A stretch of DNA of 64,000 bases from Longimicrobiales bacterium (GTDB taxonomy: Bacteria > Gemmatimonadota > Gemmatimonadetes > Longimicrobiales > Gaopeijiaceae), in assembly GCA_965211645.1 (NCBI GenBank), contig OZ242947.1:2459864-2523863 (forward strand). Direction: 5' to 3'. Positions 9,939 through 18,857 of this stretch are shown one piece after another. The first letter of the stretch is position 1, and the number at the start of each line of letters is the position of its first letter. The notes beneath the pieces were generated by a model that made no database searches, had not been told where the DNA came from, and saw only the letters and a list, made by a program, of their open reading frames with translations. The position numbers and the translations under genes are program-made.

Positions 9939-10469
9939 ATGAGCGACCGCATCAAGCGACGGAAGAAGGCGGAGCGCAGGCTCTTCATTCTTTGCGGGTC
10001 GATCGCCGCGGCACTCCACGTTGTTCTGTTCGTTGTCCTGCGCCAGACACGGATCACGGTCGAGGAACGGGAATACAACATCGAGTCGGTCGAAATCACC
10101 GATCGCAAGCCCATTCCCCTCGATCTCTTCTTCGGGCCGCCGGCGATCACGAACGCCACCGGGGGATACTCGGTCGAACCCCCTGAACGGGTGCTCGAGG
10201 TGGACAGGCTCGTGTATCTCCCCGGCACCTGCCGGGCCATCATCCGCGGCTCCGGCGATGTCGCCCGCGGCAGCGTGCGTCTCAAGGTGAACGGGACGGG
10301 TCGGGTGGATGTCCTGGGGGTCGAGCGGTCGACCGGATTTTCCTGCGGCGACGCGACGCTGACCAGGGTGGCGGGCGACCTCTGGTACCGCTGGCTCCCC
10401 AGCGAGGAGTTTCCGGCCCCGGTGGAACTGGTTCAGCCGCTGAGCTTCGCGGAGAAGGTGGGCCCGTAG
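9939..10469 (+). CDS. membrane-anchored hypothetical protein (possible TonB_C-like C-terminal domain)
   Basis: Start at MSDRIKRRKK followed by one TM (LFILCGSIAAALHVVLFVVL). The C-terminal GSVRLKVNGTGRVDVLGVERS resembles a TonB C-terminal fold. This call is tentative. Confidence 0.4.
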   Translation: MSDRIKRRKKAERRLFILCGSIAAALHVVLFVVLRQTRITVEEREYNIESVEITDRKPIPLDLFFGPPAITNATGGYSVEPPERVLEVDRLVYLPGTCRAIIRGSGDVARGSVRLKVNGTGRVDVLGVERSTGFSCGDATLTRVAGDLWYRWLPSEEFPAPVELVQPLSFAEKVGP

Positions 10470-10599
10470 CGGCGCCCGGAGCGATCCCGCGGAACACGGA
10501 GCACGGAGAAGCCCGGCGTTTTCGCGGAGCCCGGAAGACGGAGAGGCCCGGCGCTTCCGCGGATCGCGGGCACCGAGCGCGCGGCTGCCGCCAGTAACC

Positions 10600-12438
10600 C
10601 TACTCCGGCGCGCGCCTCGACCAACCGAGTGCCACCCCCACCGCCAGCACGACCCCCGCCCCGATCACGTTGTGCCACAGAAACGACACGGACGGCGCGC
10701 CGAAGGTCACTGCCGCCACCGCCGCCATCCCGGCAAACAGGCCCCAGAATGCGCCGCTCCCCCCTGCCCGCGACACCATGGCCAGCAGGAAGACGCCCAG
10801 GATCGAGCCGTAGAAGAACGACCCGAAGCGGTTGACGACTTCGATCAGCGAGCCCAGGCTGACCGCGTAGACCGCCACGAAGCACGCAAACACCCCCCAG
10901 AGGGCGGTCGCGACCTTGGAGACCGTGAGGTAGTGGGCATCGCTGGCCTCCGGGCGGAACCAGCGCCGGTAGAAGTCGATGATGCTGGTGGTCGACAGCG
11001 AGTTGAGTTCGGACGAGATGCTCGACATGGCGGCCGCGATGATCGCCGCGATGAACAGGCCGGCGAGCCCGATCGGGAGCTCGCCGAGGACGAAGCGGGG
11101 GATGATGTAGTTCACGTCGCGGGAGGGCTCGCCGGTGACCTCCTCCGCCATGGCGAGGGCCTCGGCGCGGATCTGCTGGACGGCGGCTTCGCGGGAGAGG
11201 AATTCGTCCATGGCGGCCTGGCGGGCGGCGGCCTGTATGGGGGCGTCCAGGACGGCGGCGCCGCTGGAGGGCGAGGCGGCCAACATGGGAGCCCCCGCCG
11301 CGTCCTGCGAGGCTGAAACGGCCTGGCCGGCGGCCGGCACCGGCGTCGGCGCCGCCTGCGGCGCTGCCGCCGCTCCGTCCGGGGCAGAGGGGGGAGCAGC
11401 GGGCGCGGTCAGCCCCGCCGCGCGGCGAGCGGCGTCCTCCCTCAACTCGAACGCCTCTCCGTAGCGATCCTGGAGCGCTGCATACTCCGCGCCCCGGGCG
11501 TCCACCACCGCGCTCTCGTGGGCCGGGTTGTACAGCAGCGGGGCGGGGCGGAACTGGTAGTAGACGAAAACCATCACGCCGACGAGGAGCACGAGCGCCT
11601 GGAGCGGGATCTTCCAGTAGGCGCTCATGAGGAGGGATGTGCGTGCGGCGTTGACGGACTTCGCGGCCAGGTAGCGCTGCACCTGGGACTGGTCGGTGCC
11701 GAAGTAGGAGAGCATCAGGAAGGTGCCGCCGATGAGGCCCGACCAGAAGGTGTACGTCTCGTTGATGTTGAAGGAGAAGTCGAAGACCTTGAGGCGGCCC
11801 GTCGCGCCGGCGATCTGGAGCGCTTCGCCCGGCGACACCGGCATCTGGACGATCAGGACGACGACGACCGCGAGCAGCGCGAAGACGATCAGGATCATCT
11901 GTTTCACGTCGGCCCAGGTGACCGCCTGGATGCCGCCGAGCATGGTGTAGGCGACCGTCGGGATGCCGATCAGTGCCACGCACCAGATGAGCGGCCAGCC
12001 GAAGATCGCCGAGAAGACCACGGCGGGGGCGGCGATGATGACACCGCACGACATTCCGCGCGAGAGGAGGAAGAGGAGCGCGGTTAGTGCGCGGGTGCGC
12101 GCGTCGAAACGGCGCTCCAGGTACTCGTAGGCGGTGTAGACGCCGGCGCCGCGCAGGAACGGCACGAGGGTGACGCCGAGGATGACCATCGCCAGCGGCA
12201 GCCCGAAGTAGAACTGTACGAAGCGGAGGCCGTCGGTGGCGCCCTGGCCCGTGGTGCCGATCATGGTGACGGCGGAGAGCTGGGTTGCCATCACCGAGAG
12301 GCCGACCGCCCACCACGGGAGGGTGCGGCTCGCCAGGAAGTAGCCTTCGATCTCGTTGGTGCCGCGCGCGCGGCGGATGCCGTCGACGAGGACGTACGCG
12401 ACGTAGGCGCCGACGATCAGCCAGTTGATTGGGTGCAT
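10600..12438 (-). CDS. sodium:solute symporter (SSS) family transporter with a long Ala/Pro-rich insert
   Basis: 612 aa, many TMs, SSS-typical N-terminus (INWLIVGAYVAYVLVDG...FLA.R.LPWW). A low-complexity loop of about 150 aa is encoded at roughly 11100..11535. Confidence 0.8.
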   Translation of the reverse strand: MHPINWLIVGAYVAYVLVDGIRRARGTNEIEGYFLASRTLPWWAVGLSVMATQLSAVTMIGTTGQGATDGLRFVQFYFGLPLAMVILGVTLVPFLRGAGVYTAYEYLERRFDARTRALTALLFLLSRGMSCGVIIAAPAVVFSAIFGWPLIWCVALIGIPTVAYTMLGGIQAVTWADVKQMILIVFALLAVVVVLIVQMPVSPGEALQIAGATGRLKVFDFSFNINETYTFWSGLIGGTFLMLSYFGTDQSQVQRYLAAKSVNAARTSLLMSAYWKIPLQALVLLVGVMVFVYYQFRPAPLLYNPAHESAVVDARGAEYAALQDRYGEAFELREDAARRAAGLTAPAAPPSAPDGAAAAPQAAPTPVPAAGQAVSASQDAAGAPMLAASPSSGAAVLDAPIQAAARQAAMDEFLSREAAVQQIRAEALAMAEEVTGEPSRDVNYIIPRFVLGELPIGLAGLFIAAIIAAAMSSISSELNSLSTTSIIDFYRRWFRPEASDAHYLTVSKVATALWGVFACFVAVYAVSLGSLIEVVNRFGSFFYGSILGVFLLAMVSRAGGSGAFWGLFAGMAAVAAVTFGAPSVSFLWHNVIGAGVVLAVGVALGWSRRAPE

Positions 12439-12448
12439 GTGGGCGGGG

Positions 12449-12568
12449 TCAGCCGTGGTAGGTGGCCTGGAGGAGCCACAGCAGCACGAGTGTGGCGACC
12501 TGGACCAGAAGCACCCGCACCAGCGTTTTGCGGAAGCGGGTGCGGGTGCCTGGGTCGTCAGTGGTCAC
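12449..12568 (-). CDS. 39-aa single-TM micro-protein upstream of the SSS gene (symporter small accessory protein-like)
   Basis: GTG at 12568 overlaps the MerR stop (GTGA). VTTDDPGTRTRFRKTLVRVLLVQVATLVLLWLLQATYHG. The stop lies 10 nt before the SSS start. Confidence 0.4.
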   Translation of the reverse strand: MTTDDPGTRTRFRKTLVRVLLVQVATLVLLWLLQATYHG

Positions 12569-13344
12569 GAGCGGTTCCTCCAGCGCGCCGCGTTGGCCCG
12601 GATGGCGTCCTGCACGAACACGGCCAGCCCCTTCGCGCGCTTCTCGAAGTACTCCTCGAAGCGGGGGTCCGCCGTGTACATCTCGGCGAGGTTGCAGTGC
12701 ATCCCGTGGCTGCACCGGTAGAACCAGCGGTCGATGTGGTGGCGGTGCTGTTCGGCCAGGTCCATCGCCGCCCGGCCCGCCGCCTGCGCGCCCTCGGCCA
12801 TCAGCTCGGCCAGCCTGGCCACCACCGTCTCCCCTTCTTCCTTGATGCGCGCCCAGTCGCCCTTGCCATATCGCCGCGTGCGGCGCATCGACTCCTTGTA
12901 GGCGTCGGTGTGGCCCCAGCGCTGCTCGGCCTCTTCCTGGTACTGCTCGTGGTCGAACTCCTCCAGCCCTTCGAACATCTCGGTCCTGTCCATCTCCGTC
13001 TCCTCTTCCATCGCCCGCAGGGCCCGGTCGACCCCGCGAATGATACTGTCCGTCCTCTCCTGCCGCTCCCTCAGCAACTCCCGCTGCGCCTCCAGCGCGC
13101 TCCGCCGGTCGTACGCCGGGGCGTCGAGCATCTGCCCGATCGCTTCCAGGCTGAACCGCAGTTCGCGCAGCAGCCGGATCTGGCGCAGCCGCTCGAGGTC
13201 GCCGTAGGCGTAGAGCCGATAGCCCTGCTCGGACCGCTGCGACGGCGACAGCAGGCCGATCCGGTCGTAGTGGTGCAGGGTGCGCACCGTGACGCGGGCC
13301 AACGCGGCGACCTCGCCGACGGTGTGGAGTTGGGGGGGTTCCAT
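12565..13344 (-). CDS. MerR-family transcriptional regulator with TipAS-like C-terminal domain
   Basis: Start at MEPPQLHTVGEVAALARVTVRTLHHYDRIGLL (MerR HTH). The C-terminal WG.TDAYKES...W...H...MYTADPRF block is TipAS-like. Confidence 0.85.
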   Translation of the reverse strand: MEPPQLHTVGEVAALARVTVRTLHHYDRIGLLSPSQRSEQGYRLYAYGDLERLRQIRLLRELRFSLEAIGQMLDAPAYDRRSALEAQRELLRERQERTDSIIRGVDRALRAMEEETEMDRTEMFEGLEEFDHEQYQEEAEQRWGHTDAYKESMRRTRRYGKGDWARIKEEGETVVARLAELMAEGAQAAGRAAMDLAEQHRHHIDRWFYRCSHGMHCNLAEMYTADPRFEEYFEKRAKGLAVFVQDAIRANAARWRNRS

Positions 13345-13358
13345 GGCGGGCAAGGTAA

Positions 13359-13379
13359 ACCCTGACGTTACGTCAGGGT
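13359..13379. promoter_or_regulatory. perfect palindrome, likely MerR/TipA-type operator
   Basis: ACCCTGACGT-T-ACGTCAGGGT has 10-bp arms and lies 15 nt upstream of the MerR start codon. Confidence 0.55.
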
Positions 13380-13735
13380 CAAGGGGGTCGGGATCACGGC
13401 CAGGAATCGCCCAAGTTGAACTGGGACTGCACGATCTGCCGTCCTTTGCCGTGTGGCCCGTGTCTGGCCTCACCCCAACGGAATAGCGGGAAACCGGCAT
13501 CGAATGGCCGGAATACTTGCCATCGTCAGATGGCGTTTCCATAGCTGCGACTATCGCAACTCGGGCACCGGCAAGACACGGTTGCGGAGTCGATTTCTGA
13601 TGCGTCACCTGGTCCCATGCGCATGACTTGCCTCTCAACTTCCCGCGGGCATTCTGCGACAAACCGTGTGAGGTCGCTGGCCTGAACTCCCACTTCGCGA
13701 TCGACAGACGCCACGCGAGAGAGACATCCCTCGCT

Positions 13736-14260
13736 TCATAGCGTCCGATTCTCGATTCCGGTTGACACCACACCCTCAAAGAGAACCACACGGCCCTTGA
13801 GCGCCCCAAATGGCAAACAGCTGATCACCCGGGTCATATTCCGGTTGCTCAAGCGCACGAGGCCGGTACTGCGCGAGTGTCTGGTCCAGCCCCTATTGAC
13901 GCAATGGTGCACCACTTCGTCGAGAACATCTGTTTGGGCACCGGCATCCCAAATGGCCACACGCATCCTGTTCCTGCCTCGTAGCACTTCCAAGATTGTG
14001 GAGCCGACCTCCGGGATGAAGGGCAACCCAGCAGGATACCGACCAACCGGCTTCTCCGCAGTGTGGGACCACCAAAGCCGTACTCGCTCCCTGTTCGCTG
14101 TACGGATCGCGGCCGCGATTCTGTCTTCCAGCTTCCAGCCACCAACGCGCAGACCGCCATGTCGAAACCGAAAACGCCCGCTCTCTCTGTTTCGCAAGTT
14201 CTCAATGATCTCATCTACCCAAGCGAAATCAAAGCCCGATACCGAGTCGCTAGCAAACAT
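13736..14260 (-). CDS. hypothetical protein, last gene of the thioredoxin / Cys-peptide / propeller cassette
   Basis: GGAGG sits 5 nt before ATG 14260. 174 aa with no motif I recognise. Lower-GC region. Confidence 0.45.
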   Translation of the reverse strand: MFASDSVSGFDFAWVDEIIENLRNRESGRFRFRHGGLRVGGWKLEDRIAAAIRTANRERVRLWWSHTAEKPVGRYPAGLPFIPEVGSTILEVLRGRNRMRVAIWDAGAQTDVLDEVVHHCVNRGWTRHSRSTGLVRLSNRNMTRVISCLPFGALKGRVVLFEGVVSTGIENRTL

Positions 14261-14320
14261 GGTTGCCCCCTCCACTCATAGCACAGGGAGCGCCTTCACA
14301 AAGTGCTGCCAATCGGTTCC

Positions 14321-15210
14321 TCATGGGTCACGGATTCTGTAGACATCAACTCCCTTTGTTCCACCCAGAGCCGATGTGTGCGCACGTTCTACGAGCATCG
14401 CTACCAACGGTCCTTCAATCGCGAGGGCAAGCACCCGATCACGCACCTTAACCTGCACCGGTTCTCCCTCTCGGCTGAGAATATCGATTCTGGTGCTGTC
14501 GCGTTGAAAGCTAGGCAATGTAGTGGCCACCCACAAGCGATCTCGGCCGTCTACGGCAAATCCCCAGGGCGTGAAGACGGGCATGGGCTTTCGCCGAAAA
14601 CTGTCCAGCGCGCTACGAAGCGCTTCACGGTCAAATGGGATACCGGATTGCCTGGCCGCATCCTCGATATTCGATCTTTGGCGTGCTAGTTCGATGTCCG
14701 TTGGCAACCGCACGGTCATTGACGGCCCGATGGTGCGAAGCAATCGCCCATCGGGCACCGCGCGTTTCTCGATTGTGTAGTCACTCGGCCCAGTCCCCGC
14801 ATACAATGCTCCCGTCGTGTCTGCGACTACCGGCACTACGCCTGTCTCAGCATTTGTGAGGACAAAGAGGGTCTTCGCCGTCATCTCACCTTGCCGCAAT
14901 AGTCCGACCGAAGGCAAGGCTTTATCTCCGAAAAATGGGGTCCACACAGCCAGCACTTCGTCCGCGCTTCCCCCGAGCAGGTGTACCGGCATCCCAGGTA
15001 TCCCACTGAATCTAACTGCCGTCGCTGCCTGGACGTCAGCAAAAAAGGTCGCACTTGGTGGCTTTGCATCTCCTACCAGGAGCTGACGTGACACACCGGT
15101 CCCTGCCACGAGTACTGGCCATCCGAACTCTCCAGGCCCCTCGCCCTGTCGACCAACCACTCCTTGTCCTGCACCACTGGTGTCAAACAAGGATACTGTT
15201 CCATCCCGTG
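14321..15210 (-). pseudogene. 3' portion of a 6-bladed beta-propeller gene split by IS21 copy 1
   Basis: RDGTVSLFDTSG...GEGPGEF... to VDVYRIRDP*. It joins in frame to 17609..17346 once the IS and one copy of the target duplication are removed. Confidence 0.8.
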
Positions 15211-15333
15211 TGTCAATGGGCATCGAAAATCTGACACATCTGGGCAGCGAAAGTCGGACACTCGGAGAGACGGCCCGCGGAGGGAGCGAAGCGACCGGAG
15301 CGGGGCGTCTCGGTAGGGTCTGTGAGGTACGCA

Positions 15334-16152
15334 TCATGGGGTCTCACCGTGGCCGGTGTGTTCGGCCGAGCGAGCCCGGGCTGCGGTCGGGTGGATGGCC
15401 TTGGAGAGTTCGGTGTGTCGGCGCATGCGGTAGCTGTTGCCGCGGATGTTGACGATGTGGCAGCGGTGGAGCAGCCGGTCCAGGAGCGCGGCCGCCATGA
15501 CCTCGTCGTGGAGGATCTCGCCCCAGCGCTCGAAGCCCTGGTTCGAGGTGAGCACCGTTGAGGCGTGCTCGTAGCGTCGGTTGACCAACTGGAAGAAGAG
15601 GATGGCACCGCTCCGGGTGACCGGGAGGTAGCCGATCTCGTCGACGACCAGGAGCGCGGGGTAGGTGAGGGTCTTGAGGCGTTGGTTCAGACGGCCGGCG
15701 GCTTGGGCCTCCTCGAGCGAGTCGATCAGGTCGGTCAGGGTGCCGTAGTAGACCTTCCGGCCGCTTTGGGCCGTTGCGATGGCCAGGCTGATGGCCAAGT
15801 GGGTCTTGCCGACACCGGGGGGGCCGAGGAAGATGACGTTCTCCTTGCGCTCGACGAAGCCGAGCTCGTGCAGCGAGTCGATCTGCTCCCGCTTGACTGA
15901 GGGCTGGAAGCTGAAGTCGAAGTCCGCGAGCGTCTTGATCGCCGGGAGCCTGCTCGAGCGCATCGCGGTCTGCAGGCGGCGGCTGTTGCGAAGGGTGATC
16001 TGAGCGTTGAGGAGGCGCTCGATCGCTTCTGCGGCGGTCGTACCTCCTCCATCCACCCCGGCGAGGATCTCGTCCAGCGCCTCCAGGGCGCCCGGCATCT
16101 TCAGGTCGGCCAGCTGGGCCGCAATGCGTTCACGGCGCGAGAGCGGCTTCAC
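15334..16152 (-). CDS. istB: IS21 helper ATPase IstB
   Basis: GTGA overlap with istA. Walker A GPPGVGKTHLA and Walker B LLVVDEIGY. 272 aa. Confidence 0.9.
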   Translation of the reverse strand: MKPLSRRERIAAQLADLKMPGALEALDEILAGVDGGGTTAAEAIERLLNAQITLRNSRRLQTAMRSSRLPAIKTLADFDFSFQPSVKREQIDSLHELGFVERKENVIFLGPPGVGKTHLAISLAIATAQSGRKVYYGTLTDLIDSLEEAQAAGRLNQRLKTLTYPALLVVDEIGYLPVTRSGAILFFQLVNRRYEHASTVLTSNQGFERWGEILHDEVMAAALLDRLLHRCHIVNIRGNSYRMRRHTELSKAIHPTAARARSAEHTGHGETP

Positions 16153-17189
16153 TGGATGTCTCCCGTGATCCGGGCGTATGCGGCCAACGGGCGTCGCTCG
16201 ACGTCCACGACGGGTGAGACCGCCGCTGTCCGAGTCCGACGCGCCCCTTGCGGCTCAGCTCTCGGCGCCACGGGGCGGTACAGCCAGGGAGTCAGAGGCG
16301 TTAGATGCGGGCGCTCCCGCTCGAAGCGGTCTGCTGGCCTTTCCCTGAGCGTGCCGTGGATCCGGACGTTGGCTTCGCCATCGAGCCACTGCAGCACCCG
16401 AGCGTTCAGATCGTCGTCTGAGACGAAGTTCCGGCCGTAGAAGAAGCTCTCGCGGACATACCGGATCGGCCGCTCCACCTTGCCCTTCGTCTGCGCCCGG
16501 TAGGGGCGGCACGCCCGGATCCGGAAGCCCCAGTGGTGGCTGAAGCGCAGGAACTCCGGGTTCTCGACCAGCCGGCCCCCTTCCCCGCGCCCGTCCCGGT
16601 TGATCACCGCCTTCATCTGGTCGAACAGCAGCTCCGAAGGGACGCCGCCGAAGTACCGGAACGCCGCTTCGAGGCCCCGCATCACCACCGGCATCGTCTG
16701 CCGCTCGTAGTAATGCAGCCACATCAGCCGAGAGTACCCCAACACCACGATGAGCGCGTGCCGCTTGCCCCACGGCAGCCGGAAGTCCGCGAAGTCCACC
16801 TGACCCTGATGGCCCGGAGGGGTCTCGAACCGTCGCACAGGCTCCTCTGGAGGCCGGGGCCGAACCTGTCGAACGTACCGCTTCACCTGGCTGTAGCTAC
16901 CCGGGTACCCTGCGGCCTGAACCTCCTTGAACAGCCGCGTGGCCGTCAGCTTCGGATACTCCGCCAACCGCGCTTCAATGATCGCCTTGTAGGGGTCCAG
17001 CTTCGACGGCACTGGCGGCCTCGGCCGGTATCTCACCGCTTCCCCGTCCAGATCCCGGTCCAACTGTCCCGTCGCGATCCAACGATAGATCGTGTCGCGG
17101 CTCACGCCCACCTGCCGGGCGATCGCCGCCTTCGTCATGCCCTGCTCGAGATAGTGGCGTAGAAGCACCCGCTTCTCTCTCCCAATCAT
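16149..17189 (-). CDS. istA: IS21 transposase IstA
   Basis: GGAGG sits 5 nt upstream of ATG 17189. N-terminal HTH (IARQVGVSRDTIYRWI), DDE-type integrase core (QVDFADF...). The longer listed ORF extends beyond the IS end. Confidence 0.85.
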   Translation of the reverse strand: MIGREKRVLLRHYLEQGMTKAAIARQVGVSRDTIYRWIATGQLDRDLDGEAVRYRPRPPVPSKLDPYKAIIEARLAEYPKLTATRLFKEVQAAGYPGSYSQVKRYVRQVRPRPPEEPVRRFETPPGHQGQVDFADFRLPWGKRHALIVVLGYSRLMWLHYYERQTMPVVMRGLEAAFRYFGGVPSELLFDQMKAVINRDGRGEGGRLVENPEFLRFSHHWGFRIRACRPYRAQTKGKVERPIRYVRESFFYGRNFVSDDDLNARVLQWLDGEANVRIHGTLRERPADRFERERPHLTPLTPWLYRPVAPRAEPQGARRTRTAAVSPVVDVERRPLAAYARITGDIQ

Positions 17190-17345
17190 CGCGCCTCCAG
17201 TGCTGAATGGAGACGCCAGTGTAGAGCGAGGTCCGGTCAACCTCACGAACTCTCTGATCCACCGCCGAACCCGACCCCCGAACAACCACCCGAAATGTCC
17301 GACTATCGACGGCCACGTCTGTCTTATTTTGCATGGCCGCCAACA

Positions 17346-17609
17346 CCGTGGGTTCGGCACCGCAATTCGGTCCGATCCGACCCACGCGATACTGTGCGCG
17401 GGAGAAAACTCTAGCGATACCAGCTCCCCTACGAAGGTCAAAGCATGGACTCTCCTCGGTTCCGGGAGGGCGGCATTCCGGTCATGCGTCCGGCCGCAGC
17501 CAGGGTTGCACAATATCGCGACCGTAGCAAACGCAACAGCCACCCGTGAGAAGGCACATCGTTCCGATGCAGAGTACACTGCTGCATTCCGCTCCCTATT
17601 GTCTGTCAC
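17346..17609 (-). pseudogene. 5' portion (signal/lipoprotein region plus first blade) of the IS21-split beta-propeller gene
   Basis: The GTG start overlaps the stop of the upstream Cys-peptide gene (GTGA). ...VAFATVAILCNPGC...LTFVGELVSLEFSPAHSIAWVGSDRIAVPNP runs to the IS junction. Confidence 0.7.
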
Positions 17610-17863
17610 GACTCACCAGACTCCTCACTTGGATTCCATCCGCAACCTGTCATGCATCCGTCAAACATGCCGTGGCAGAATTCCAGATTCTGATATTCCC
17701 ACATACAACCGCCCCAGACGCCACTGCAGGTGATTATGCAGAACACACCGGGCGGCAGGTGGGCCGATGCGGGCCGTGGCTGCTTCCCAACCGCCATGCA
17801 AAAACAAACGACCGCAACAACGAGTCGCAGGGTCTTTCTCTTTGTTTCTAGTGCTCTCGACAT
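17606..17863 (-). CDS. secreted six-cysteine mini-protein B (85 aa)
   Basis: AAGGAGG SD before ATG 17863 with a spacer of about 6-7 nt. Signal-like LRLVVAVVCFCMAVG. Core C-x3-C-x6-C-x9-C-x6-C-x3-C with a GCMTGC tail. Paralogous to 17931..18179. Confidence 0.6.
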   Translation of the reverse strand: MSRALETKRKTLRLVVAVVCFCMAVGKQPRPASAHLPPGVFCIITCSGVWGGCMWEYQNLEFCHGMFDGCMTGCGWNPSEESGES

Positions 17864-17930
17864 GATTCTCCTCCTTCCCTGTCTTGTCATGGAAGCGAAG
17901 ACGCCCCAACCATGGAGGCGAATTTACGCC

Positions 17931-18179
17931 CTACTTGGGAAGCATGCACCCGATCATGCAACCGGTGAAATAGCCAGCGCAGTAGTCGGGGCTACTGTCT
18001 GGGCCTGTACAGTCCTCCACCGTCTTGATCCCGCAATAGACAAGGCAGGGGTGAAGCATGGGGAACTGTGCTTTGGCCTCACGGACGGTGAGCAGCGACT
18101 GCGCTGTCACCCCCAGTGCAAGCGACAGTGCTACTGCTAGGCGGACGCTTCGGTAGGTTCCTCTTGTAATCCGATTCAT
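17931..18179 (-). CDS. secreted six-cysteine mini-protein A (82 aa)
   Basis: ATGA overlap with the thioredoxin gene stop, GGAG upstream. Signal peptide RLAVALSLALGVTAQS. Core C-x3-C-x7-C-x9-C-x6-C-x3-C with a GCMIGC tail. Confidence 0.6.
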   Translation of the reverse strand: MNRITRGTYRSVRLAVALSLALGVTAQSLLTVREAKAQFPMLHPCLVYCGIKTVEDCTGPDSSPDYCAGYFTGCMIGCMLPK

Positions 18180-18820
18180 CGTGCATGCTCCTCGTTGTGT
18201 GTTTGTCCGGTGCGCAGCGCTTTGGTCGTTTCGTCTTCGATGGTGGAGAGAACGACTCGAATGTGCTGCTTGTTGAGAAGGCCGGAATGGTGAAAGAGTA
18301 TTCGTCCTTCCCGACCGATCAATATCGTTGTCGGGACGAGATGTGTGTACATGTATTGGAAAAACGCGGTGGGACTGACCGGCTGGTAGACCGGCAAGTG
18401 TCCGCCCGCATATTGGAAATATGTTGATACATTTGGAGTTAGCGATTCAGGGGTTACCCCCACCACCTCGGATCCCCGCTGCCTAGCCTGTTCGCCCAGG
18501 GTCAACCACTCGGGTTTCGCGGAAGCACACGCAGGACAGTCTGATCGAAAAAGGAACACCAGAGTTGTCGCGCTACCGGCAACCGGAATGGGATGGGCTG
18601 TCTCGAAACTGCTGATGAGCACGAGACTATCAGCTTCAAGCATTGAGTCTGCCGGAAGCTCGGCAGCAATGAAGTCGTTCGGGCGAGCGGGGCCATGCAC
18701 GGATTCAAGGTACATCCAGCCGGCGGCAAGGATTGCGGCAATCGTGGCGAGGTCTATCGCTCGGTCCAGAATGCCACGCCCTATGGAAGAATGACTCGCG
18801 TTCATCAATGTGTGCCCCAT
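18176..18820 (-). CDS. membrane-anchored TlpA/ResA-like thiol:disulfide oxidoreductase (thioredoxin fold, CPAC)
   Basis: N-terminal TM IDLATIAAILAAGWMYL. TLVFLFRSDCPACASAKPEW active-site block and VPTTILIGREGRI cis-Pro block. Confidence 0.75.
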   Translation of the reverse strand: MGHTLMNASHSSIGRGILDRAIDLATIAAILAAGWMYLESVHGPARPNDFIAAELPADSMLEADSLVLISSFETAHPIPVAGSATTLVFLFRSDCPACASAKPEWLTLGEQARQRGSEVVGVTPESLTPNVSTYFQYAGGHLPVYQPVSPTAFFQYMYTHLVPTTILIGREGRILFHHSGLLNKQHIRVVLSTIEDETTKALRTGQTHNEEHAR

Positions 18821-18857
18821 TCGCCCCCAAGCTTCTCAAGTGGACCATCCGTCCGCC

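Larger units (their letters stand above)
15211..17345 (-). mobile_element. IS21-family insertion sequence, copy 1 (2135 bp)
   Basis: Ends TGTCAATGGGCATCGAAAATCTGACACA... / ...TCTGTCTTATTTTGCATGGCCGCCAACA form imperfect terminal IRs with internal repeated GTCGGACA sites. 5-bp direct repeat CCGTG at 15206..15210 and 17346..17350. Six-frame translations are identical to copy 2. Confidence 0.9.

Noticed and set aside
10470-10599. GC-rich repeats (GCCCGGCG x2, CCGCGG x3) between convergent genes as a defined terminator
   Set aside because: I could not fold a convincing stable hairpin by eye, so it is left unannotated.
13526-13714. 62-aa ORF with a CRCPSC motif between the MerR operator and the 174-aa hypothetical gene
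   Set aside because: There is no RBS, no recognisable fold and no partner evidence. It may be a chance ORF in the intergenic region, so it is not called.
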